A stretch of 64,000 nucleotides of DNA from Candidatus Shapirobacteria bacterium (lineage in GTDB: Bacteria; Patescibacteriota; Microgenomatia; UBA12405). Below are positions 28,283 to 35,926 of the stretch, one piece after another; position 1 is the stretch's first letter, and each line of letters starts with the position of its first letter. The position numbers and the translations under genes are program-made. Location: contig JAQWFB010000001.1 of NCBI GenBank assembly GCA_028704635.1, positions 69,541 to 133,540 on the forward strand, read 5' to 3'. The notes under the pieces are model-generated. The model saw only the letters and a program-made list of their open reading frames with translations, ran no database searches and had not been told where the DNA came from.

Positions 28283-28614
28283 TTAGTTGAACTTTGCCAA
28301 GCTGTTAAGAGTCTTCCAATCTCATTAATCAATTCCATAAAATGAGTATATCTTTTAACCGACAACATATTTATATCCTTTGACAATCTAACCTGGATTC
28401 TAAAAACATCCAAAAGTGTTGAAATTTGTTTTTGTTCTTCTTTTCGGTCATTTTTTGAATTAGCCACAATGGTTAATCGCAACATTTCCAAATTCGATTC
28501 CAATAATTTATTAGAAATCAAAAACCGTTGGCTTTTAGGAAATTTAGACACCACCATATTAGTGTAAAGATATAAGTCATACAATTTTTGAAAAATAATC
28601 AGGTGATCAGTCAT
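28267..28614 (-). CDS. avd: DGR accessory variability determinant (Avd)-like four-helix-bundle protein
   Basis: 115 aa. FPKSQRFLISNKLLESNLEMLRLTIVAN matches the Avd / 23S-rRNA-IVS family pattern FPKxE+FxLxxQ...N. Immediately downstream of the VR-bearing target. Confidence 0.65.
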   Translation of the reverse strand: MTDHLIIFQKLYDLYLYTNMVVSKFPKSQRFLISNKLLESNLEMLRLTIVANSKNDRKEEQKQISTLLDVFRIQVRLSKDINMLSVKRYTHFMELINEIGRLLTAWQSSTKVQAA

Positions 28615-28730
28615 AATTAAAATTTTATTAAAGATTTATTAAAAATTTATTAAATATTGTTATGGTTTTAAATCGCTTACCAGATCCCCAGATTTTTAGA
28701 TAAAAAAAAAGGAAAGATAGCTACGCTAAA

Positions 28731-28858
28731 TTACTGCAGAGGGGCCACGCAACGGAAACCAATGTTGTAGCCCGAGTTGCCGGGCGCATTGCTCAGAGAG
28801 AGGGTCCAGACACCGGCATTAGAACCGCTGCTCCAATACCCACCCCGTAGAAAAGCGT
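28731..28858 (-). repeat. DGR variable repeat (VR) at the 3' end of the target gene
   Basis: Encodes YAFLRGGYWSSGSNAGVWTLSLSNAPGNSGYNIGFRCVAPLQ*. Differs from TR only where TR has A. The 3' ~45 nt are identical to TR (IMH-like GC-rich end). Confidence 0.9.
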
Positions 28859-31103
28859 AAACGGTGCTGTCAGCATCAGCCACATCACTATAAGTATAAA
28901 TTCTTCCTACTCCCTGATTAGCATTCCAGGACGGGTTAGACGGCCTAATCGCATCATATCCTACCGAACTTCCTTGACCATTGTTAACCAAAATTCTTGT
29001 TGTTGAACCACTGGCAAAATCAGTCCAACCAAAACCCACATCCGGAGTTCCCGAAGTGGCCGAATCCGGTTCATCTTTCCTCAAAACCGTATTATCTGTC
29101 CATTCCCAAACATTACCCGCCATATCCCAAATAGTTTCTCCATTAGAAAGAGTCAAAGTTCGTTTTTGAGTTCCACCCGATCCACACGCAGTATTAACAT
29201 CTTTCGTCACCGTACCATAACAACCCTGGGAATCATCAGTTGATGCCTGAAGGGCAAAAGCCGGACCATTATCATTATGTCCAGAAGCCACAATCTTACC
29301 GCTTTGGCCAGGAGTAAAACCACAACTACCACCGTTGGAATCACACCAGTTACTGCCCATTTTTTCTAAATTACGGGCAATCGTCATGTACTCATTATTA
29401 GTTATCAAATGCCAACCCCGATCAGAACAAAGGCTTTTAGCATCAATTGCTGAACCATTATCTTGTGTCACATTAGCAATCGGATATCCCGCCGCCGATG
29501 ATACTATTTGCCTTCCGCCAGTATTACAGGGATATGAACTATTTGGCCAAGTATTATAACCTGTATCTTGAGTAATATTTCCCACTCCATCGCTGTTATC
29601 ATCACACTTAGCATTATATTTCATTACACAAAAATCACTGGTTCCATATAAAGGATCTCCTGGCACATGAATAAAACCAGTCGGACAAACCCTCTGGGCA
29701 TTACTAGCTTGAAGCGAATAATTTTTTCCCAAAGTTATCGCTCCACCAGAAAAATCAGCCGCTACTTCAAATAAAGTCCTATTGTATGGGTAAATCATCA
29801 CTTCATCAATTTTGCCATTAAAATAATTTGGGGTCGTTCCCGCCTTACCCACTAAAACCGCTCCTGGTGTTACCGACCACAAAGCCAAAGCTGGTGAAGA
29901 AATTAACCTAGCATTTTTGTAAAAATAAGCATTAGTTCCATCATAAGATACTGCCACGTGTGTCCAAGTATTAGCCTGAATCCCAGCTCCACTACTTGTC
30001 ACTGTTGTTCCACCTAAACTACCAAAATTTAACTCGCCACCACTAGTCAATTGAAAAGTATAGCCGCCAGTATTTGGCTGAGAAATAATGGCATAATTCC
30101 CCAAAGATGTCACATAAATCCAAGCTGATAACGTAATTGATCCACCCAATTGAAATTTAGAGTTACTGCCCAAATCCACATACTGACTATTGGCACTGGT
30201 TAATTGCAAACCATAATTTCTCACCCCAGTAATCCACTGTGCATTTCCAGAAAAATTTATCAAAGCCGCCCGAGAATAATTTGGGGCTTTATTCATTGTT
30301 TGATACCCAGAACCATCATCAAAACCTAATTTCACCACTGGTTTACCCCTTTCTTGTGAATAAGCCAGCGAACCGTCATTTCTAGCGCCAGTTGTTAATC
30401 TCACTTCATCAACGGTTCCATTTAAGAAATTACTGTAAGTTGAGGCTCCAGTTTTAGTGGTCGCCAAATAAAAATTTGAAGCCGTATCGGCCAAAGCCCC
30501 ACCCACACTAGCGGTAGTGCCTTCCCTTACCCCATTAACATAAATATAAATAGTACTCAAACTAGCATTGTAATATCCTTGCAATAAATACCATTGATTG
30601 GGCAATATTTGTGTTTGTCCCATCACTGTTTTAATATTGGCCGCCGTTCCATCCGTCGATACCTGAAACTTAGGAAAATTCCTTCCAGTCGAATCTGTTT
30701 CCACTGTTAATCTATAACTGCGAATATCCGTAGTTTCATCCCATTTTCCCAAAACTGTTTGAATCGTTCCAGAAACATTTGAAACCGCACTAAACTTCAC
30801 CCAAGCTTCAATCGAAAAACTGCCAGTTTGGGAAAACTCAGTACTATCCAGTGCCATCGCATAATTATTAATTCCATTAAATTTCAAACCCCTTCCATAT
30901 TTACCCACCCCTGTAGTCGGCAAGGAAGCACCGGTACTATAAGTAGCAATATTATTATTTCCCATTTTATCCTTAGTATTAGTACTAAGATCCGTCATAT
31001 CTTCAAAGTCATATTGAACCACCGGAGTATCCCAAACAGCATATTGCGCCGCCGCCTGTCGAAAAGAAAAAAGCCATAATAATAAAGCTATTAACAAACA
31101 CAT
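28731..31103 (-). CDS. DGR target: secreted protein with two LamG/ConA-like domains and a C-terminal C-type-lectin (FGE-sulfatase) fold variable domain
   Basis: Signal peptide MCLLIALLLWLFSFRQAAAQ. Two ..G(T/K)VDEV(R/M)L.. LamG-type segments. C-terminal RGGYW...GFRC signature of DGR variable proteins. Confidence 0.85.
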   Translation of the reverse strand: MCLLIALLLWLFSFRQAAAQYAVWDTPVVQYDFEDMTDLSTNTKDKMGNNNIATYSTGASLPTTGVGKYGRGLKFNGINNYAMALDSTEFSQTGSFSIEAWVKFSAVSNVSGTIQTVLGKWDETTDIRSYRLTVETDSTGRNFPKFQVSTDGTAANIKTVMGQTQILPNQWYLLQGYYNASLSTIYIYVNGVREGTTASVGGALADTASNFYLATTKTGASTYSNFLNGTVDEVRLTTGARNDGSLAYSQERGKPVVKLGFDDGSGYQTMNKAPNYSRAALINFSGNAQWITGVRNYGLQLTSANSQYVDLGSNSKFQLGGSITLSAWIYVTSLGNYAIISQPNTGGYTFQLTSGGELNFGSLGGTTVTSSGAGIQANTWTHVAVSYDGTNAYFYKNARLISSPALALWSVTPGAVLVGKAGTTPNYFNGKIDEVMIYPYNRTLFEVAADFSGGAITLGKNYSLQASNAQRVCPTGFIHVPGDPLYGTSDFCVMKYNAKCDDNSDGVGNITQDTGYNTWPNSSYPCNTGGRQIVSSAAGYPIANVTQDNGSAIDAKSLCSDRGWHLITNNEYMTIARNLEKMGSNWCDSNGGSCGFTPGQSGKIVASGHNDNGPAFALQASTDDSQGCYGTVTKDVNTACGSGGTQKRTLTLSNGETIWDMAGNVWEWTDNTVLRKDEPDSATSGTPDVGFGWTDFASGSTTRILVNNGQGSSVGYDAIRPSNPSWNANQGVGRIYTYSDVADADSTVYAFLRGGYWSSGSNAGVWTLSLSNAPGNSGYNIGFRCVAPLQ

Positions 31104-31240
31104 AATTCAGTATAACAAAATTTCTCTCCGCTAATTATATCTTTATTTCAAAAAATGAAATTTTAGTCAAAATTTCAGATTTAATTCCTGATATTCTATA
31201 CGTAGAAGATATCTAAAGTTTGATATATAACTAAACAATA

Positions 31241-32254
31241 ATGAATAGAAACTCATTGAACCAAATAATTAAGGACAGAATATTTGCCTCAAACGGAAAA
31301 ATATTTCAGGAATTAATTTGGAAAATTTTAATAAAAGTCTATCCAGATTTACAAACCCCTAAAATGCAACACGATCTTGGAAATGATGGCTATTCTACTA
31401 AAGAAAAAACATTTTTTGCTTGTTATGCGATCGAAGGAAATAAATACGACAACACCGAAACCATAAACAAAATTAACGACGATTATGATAAATTTGTAGA
31501 TAATTGGAAAAATAGAGGTTCTTTTAATAAATGGGTGTTTATAACAAAAGATGATTTAATGGGAATACCACATCAAACTATTGTAAACTTAAATTCAAAT
31601 AATGATGGTATTCTTAAAGAACTTTGGGGATTACCTCAGTTATTAGATAACTGCAATAATATTTCCGATAAAGACATACGAGTAATTTTCAACATTGAAG
31701 AAGATCCTAAATATATCTGTAACGGCGGAAATCAATTTAATCAACAAACGGACGGAAGTATTACTAATATATTTCAAAATTCAGAAAAACAAACTGACTT
31801 AGAAAGAACAATAATCGAAGAAATTTTTGAAAATGTTTTAAGTAAATTGAGTCCCTCCACATTACAAGAAAAAGTCTCAGACAAAAAACATTTAAATATA
31901 ACCAGTAAAATAGCATTAAATTTTGTCGATGAAGCAGACAGAGAAGATGTTGGACAATATTTTTCGTATGCCTTGACTAAAATTGATGAGATAGAGAGGA
32001 GAATTCAATTAGAGGATTCCGAAACTCAAAAAGATATCGAATCATATATCTACGGTCTTTACAAGCAATTTACTAGAAAAAATATTAGTAATATTGAAAT
32101 ATTAGAGTCATTATTTAGGGAAATAATTCCTCCAAACAAATCTCACGACCCCAAATATGTGAATCTATCAAGAGCATTCGTTCTGCTATTTTTTGATGAT
32201 TGTACAATCTTTAAAAAGACAAAGGAGGAAATAAAAAATGCTGTTACCAACTAA
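31241..32254 (+). CDS. hypothetical protein, candidate effector component of a Lamassu/ABC-3C-like system
   Basis: First gene of a tightly overlapping three-gene operon. N-terminal ~130 aa carries a possible nuclease-like core (HDLGNDGY...CYAIEGNK). Confidence 0.35.
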   Translation: MNRNSLNQIIKDRIFASNGKIFQELIWKILIKVYPDLQTPKMQHDLGNDGYSTKEKTFFACYAIEGNKYDNTETINKINDDYDKFVDNWKNRGSFNKWVFITKDDLMGIPHQTIVNLNSNNDGILKELWGLPQLLDNCNNISDKDIRVIFNIEEDPKYICNGGNQFNQQTDGSITNIFQNSEKQTDLERTIIEEIFENVLSKLSPSTLQEKVSDKKHLNITSKIALNFVDEADREDVGQYFSYALTKIDEIERRIQLEDSETQKDIESYIYGLYKQFTRKNISNIEILESLFREIIPPNKSHDPKYVNLSRAFVLLFFDDCTIFKKTKEEIKNAVTN

Positions 32255-32468
32255 ACATGAAATTTTAAAAAATAACGAGTTGGTTATCGGGGCAAAAATA
32301 ATTAATTTGTTATCAAAAAAGACATCAGTTAATATTACTGACTTATTTGAAGAAACTGTAAAGATAGACTCAATATCTCTTAATCAATTTTATGATACAT
32401 TAACGTTTTTATGGTTAGCTGATATTGTTATATTAGAGAAATTCAAAGTTCAACTTTTAAAACGATAA
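32238..32468 (+). CDS. small helical protein, candidate middle component (LmuC-like)
   Basis: 76 aa. Overlaps the upstream gene by 17 nt and ends 1 nt before the ATPase gene. Confidence 0.35.
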   Translation: MLLPTKHEILKNNELVIGAKIINLLSKKTSVNITDLFEETVKIDSISLNQFYDTLTFLWLADIVILEKFKVQLLKR

Positions 32469-32469
32469 T

Positions 32470-34230
32470 ATGTTTTTACAAAAATTATATTCTGAGCCTA
32501 ATGGTCTATTTAAAACAATTGAGTTTAAAGATGGAGTTAATTTTATCTTTGGAAAAAAGGAAAAGACATCCGATCCGAAAGAATCACTAAATGGGATTGG
32601 TAAATCATTAACCCTCGATTTTTTAGATTTTTGTCTACTCTCATCATTCCAAAAAAATCATTGTCCTCGACTATTTGATGCCTCTCAATATTTATTGGGA
32701 TACCAAATATGTTTAGAGTTTGAAATTGATGATTCAAACTACATCATTAAACGTAATATTGAAACTTCTAGTAAAATAATCATTGGGCCGATTGGAAAAG
32801 AAAAGGAATTATCTTTAAAAGAGGCTAAAGAATATCTTTGTGACCTAATTTTCAAAAGAAATTATGGTGGTTATTATTCAAATAGTTGGCTAAGAAAATT
32901 ATTACCGTTTTTTATAAAAATACAGAAACAAAAAAGCGACAGTTTTACCGACCCGATTAAATACATAAATGAAAGTTCCGTAGCTGAATTACTACAATAT
33001 CACTTTTTTCTATTAGATATTGACAATAAATTGTCTAAATATAATTTTGAACTTCAAAATAATATCAAACAAAAAGAACCTGCACTAAAAGAAGTAAAAA
33101 GTATTGTGGAAGACACCTATGAACTACGTGATATCTCCGAAGCTTCAAATAAGATAGATATATTGAATAAGGATATTGATAAGTTGGAAAAAGCAATTTC
33201 TAACTTTAAATTATCAGAGGAGTATTTTGACGTTGAGAATGATGCCAACGGACTTACTAAAAAAATTAAGGATATTTGGTTTAATAATTTTTCTGATAGA
33301 AAAAAGATATCCTCTTATGAGGATAGTTTTAAATTGGATACTGATATTGATACTAAAAAAATTCATAATATCTACAAACAGTTTAATGAATTACTTGCAG
33401 GTAATATCCAAAAAACCCTAGAAGAGGCGGTTCAATTTAGAATAGATTTAAGTAAATCAAGAAAAGAATTCATTCTTTCTGAGATTGATGAATTAAAAAA
33501 AATTATTACAAAAAGAGAAATAGAGGTAGAAGAGCTTGAAAACAAAAGAGCAAAACTATTTACATTTTTGTCCTCAAAAAAAGCTATTGAGGATTTATCT
33601 GAAGCATACCTTGCTTTAACTCAAAAGAAAGATTCCTCAAAGGATTTAGAGGGTAAAATAAGGCTGTATACTGATTTGTCGAAAGAATTAGCTGAACTAC
33701 GTGTTGAAGAGAAAAAAGTAGAAAAAGATTTTATTGGTTTTACAGAAGAATTCAACGGATCAATTTCAAAATTCAGAGGTATATTTTCAGATATATACAA
33801 CGCAGTCTATCCTCAAAATAAAGACGAATCTATTCTTTCGATAAAATCTGCTCCAAATACAAACGCCAAACTTGAGTTTAATATCACTTTTCCAAGTATG
33901 TACTCAAAAGGTAGAAATCAAGGAAGAACATTAATTTATGACTTAGCTATGTTGATTTATATGGAAACAAATAAAATTAGAGGACCGAGATTTCTTGTTC
34001 ATGATGGTATCTTTGATGGAATGGATAAAGCTCATTTTGTTTCTTTATATGAATACCTTGAAAATCTTAAGACACACTTAAGGTTTCAATATATTATTAC
34101 TATGAACGAAGAGGGAACACTGAACGATAACTTTGGTAATACTGATGCTGTTAGTCCGGAAAAAATTGCCATCGAAGCTATTGTACTTTTAACTCCAAAC
34201 AATAAACTATTGGGAAAAGATTTTAATTAA
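32470..34230 (+). CDS. SMC/ABC-type ATPase with long coiled-coil insert (LmuB / ABC-3C ATPase-like)
   Basis: N-terminal P-loop LNGIGKSL. ~300-aa K/E-rich coiled-coil middle. C-terminal RFLVHDGIFDGMD (Walker B/D-loop-like, with DG rather than DE). Confidence 0.55.
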   Translation: MFLQKLYSEPNGLFKTIEFKDGVNFIFGKKEKTSDPKESLNGIGKSLTLDFLDFCLLSSFQKNHCPRLFDASQYLLGYQICLEFEIDDSNYIIKRNIETSSKIIIGPIGKEKELSLKEAKEYLCDLIFKRNYGGYYSNSWLRKLLPFFIKIQKQKSDSFTDPIKYINESSVAELLQYHFFLLDIDNKLSKYNFELQNNIKQKEPALKEVKSIVEDTYELRDISEASNKIDILNKDIDKLEKAISNFKLSEEYFDVENDANGLTKKIKDIWFNNFSDRKKISSYEDSFKLDTDIDTKKIHNIYKQFNELLAGNIQKTLEEAVQFRIDLSKSRKEFILSEIDELKKIITKREIEVEELENKRAKLFTFLSSKKAIEDLSEAYLALTQKKDSSKDLEGKIRLYTDLSKELAELRVEEKKVEKDFIGFTEEFNGSISKFRGIFSDIYNAVYPQNKDESILSIKSAPNTNAKLEFNITFPSMYSKGRNQGRTLIYDLAMLIYMETNKIRGPRFLVHDGIFDGMDKAHFVSLYEYLENLKTHLRFQYIITMNEEGTLNDNFGNTDAVSPEKIAIEAIVLLTPNNKLLGKDFN

Positions 34231-34295
34231 AGATTTTAATAACAGTTTTCAATACAATCTATTTCATAAGTTGACTTTTTATTTAGTATTTTAAA

Positions 34296-34440
34296 GGGGT
34301 TGCACCCCTCATTTAACAAGGGTTTCCGTTTCACTCCAATGAACTGCTCCGCCTGCTGGCGGATTGCCCTTGTTAAATTTCACCCTGCTTTTTAAATCAC
34401 TTTTAATTTGGGCAGGCAGGTATCACTACCTACCCAAATT
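34296..34440 (+). other. multi-hairpin structured element upstream of the DUF2958 gene (candidate 5' leader RNA or ssDNA initiation/oriT-like site)
   Basis: Hairpin ggggt/acccc (34296-34310). 10-bp stem ttaacaaggg/cccttgttaa enclosing an inner ccgcc-tgct-ggcgg hairpin (34313-34376). Hairpin ttgggcagg/cctacccaa (34409-34437). SD aaggag precedes ATG 34468. Confidence 0.3.
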
Positions 34441-34467
34441 TAAAAATTATAAAAAGGAGAAAAACAA

Positions 34468-34770
34468 ATGAAATTGCTAACAGTCGAGCTTATAAACACC
34501 TTTAAAAGAGTGGGGAGACAAGAAGAAGTTAAAGATCCCTTAGTTATTGCTAAGTTTTTTAATCCCACTGGTGCTGGGACTTGGTATGCCACTGAATACG
34601 AACCAGAATCCAAAATGTTTTTTGGTTATGTCTCTATCTTTAGAGATGATAATGACGAATGGGGTTATTTTTCCCTTGAGGAATTAGAAAGTATTAGAGG
34701 CTATTTTGGCTTAGGTATTGAACGTGATCTTTATTTCACCTCAAAACCATTTAGTCAGATTAAGTATTAA
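34468..34770 (+). CDS. DUF2958-family protein (plasmid/ICE-associated)
   Basis: EEVKDPLVIAKFFNPTGAGTWYATEYEPESKMFFGYVSI...EWGYFSLEELESIRG matches the conserved DUF2958 core. Confidence 0.65.
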   Translation: MKLLTVELINTFKRVGRQEEVKDPLVIAKFFNPTGAGTWYATEYEPESKMFFGYVSIFRDDNDEWGYFSLEELESIRGYFGLGIERDLYFTSKPFSQIKY

Positions 34771-34795
34771 TTATTTATTAAATATTAATTAAAAA

Positions 34796-34987
34796 ATGAT
34801 TAGAAAATTACCAATATTCAAAGGTTATACAGTTGATTTAAGGCTTCAAGAATTTAGAAAAATAGAGGCTGATAAATTACCTGAGTTTATCCCGTTATTA
34901 AGCGATAAAGGTGCCCGTCTGTTTTGGGAATTTAAACAGACTCATGCCGGTCAAAAAGAATTAGATCACTATTTAGGCCGTAAATAA
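34796..34987 (+). CDS. hypothetical protein
   Basis: 63-aa ORF. Confidence 0.3.
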   Translation: MIRKLPIFKGYTVDLRLQEFRKIEADKLPEFIPLLSDKGARLFWEFKQTHAGQKELDHYLGRK

Positions 34988-35018
34988 TAGAAAAATAAGA
35001 AAAACACCCCAGATGAAA

Positions 35019-35789
35019 TTAATTTTTCTCTGGGGTATTTTTTTCTTCAAAAGCACTAACCCATCTATTTGATGGTTCAATGGATAGATAAAAATCAATT
35101 TCTTCTTGATCTTCTTCTTCCATAATTCTAGGGATAAAAGAATGTAAATACTTTTTAATTGAATCATTGGGGCAGAGGATTAGAATTTTTGGAAAAGGAT
35201 GTTTAGTAACTTCTTGCCAAGTGTTGGCATTGTAATATTCTAAATATTGTTTAATTTTAGCCCGGATAACAAATCTGGGTGTGTCTTCGTCAATGATTTC
35301 CAAAAAATAGCGTTTGATTTTTTTGTTTTCCTTTGTGGCAATATAAGCATCTGGGTGTTTGTCCGGCAAATAATCGTAATTTATTAAATCAATTTTAGTA
35401 TAGAAAAATATTTCTTCAGGCAGATGAGATTTTTTAAGACTTAAATAAAAATCAGCTGATAATAAACAATGGTTAATAAATTTTTGAGTTCTCTTTTTCT
35501 CTCCATAAATTCGTTTCATTAATTTGGCATCTTTTTCCAGTTGATCAATTAAATAATTTTTACTTTTGCTTTTTAAAAAATAAATTGCTGGTTTAATATT
35601 GTCACCTAATTTATTTGAGTAGTTTCTACCAATTATTTTTTTATCATTTAGATTTTTTAACCAGATATTAATCTGACTTATTTTTTTATGATTCAGTAGT
35701 TGTTGTATTTGTAATCTGTTTAAGAATCGAAATCTGTAGAGCAGTATTATTATTTCTAATTGTTTTTTAGTTATGTTGTTTTTATCCAT
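35019..35789 (-). CDS. replication-relaxation (Replic_Relax) family protein
   Basis: N-terminal wHTH-like LTKKQLEIIILLYRFRFLNRLQIQQLL, typical of the family found on Gram-positive mobile elements. Confidence 0.5.
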   Translation of the reverse strand: MDKNNITKKQLEIIILLYRFRFLNRLQIQQLLNHKKISQINIWLKNLNDKKIIGRNYSNKLGDNIKPAIYFLKSKSKNYLIDQLEKDAKLMKRIYGEKKRTQKFINHCLLSADFYLSLKKSHLPEEIFFYTKIDLINYDYLPDKHPDAYIATKENKKIKRYFLEIIDEDTPRFVIRAKIKQYLEYYNANTWQEVTKHPFPKILILCPNDSIKKYLHSFIPRIMEEEDQEEIDFYLSIEPSNRWVSAFEEKNTPEKN

Positions 35790-35926
35790 TTTATTTTTTT
35801 ATTCTAGAAACCATCAAGAGAGTTTATCTTTATTCACTCTCTTACTCTATAAGAGTAAAGAGACTAAATTTAAAATTGATTATCCCTAAATTCAGGATAA
35901 ATATTAAAAATTTTTAATGTAGCGGG

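Noticed and set aside
28690-28730. Possible DGR hairpin immediately 3' of the VR
   Set aside because: Only a 4-bp stem (tagc-gta-gcta) is present. That is too weak to call as the GC-rich hairpin/cruciform seen next to many VRs.
28981-31079. Short plus-strand ORFs (28981..29169, 29335..29559, 30828..31079) inside the DGR target gene
   Set aside because: They lie antisense to a long, motif-rich CDS and have no independent support.
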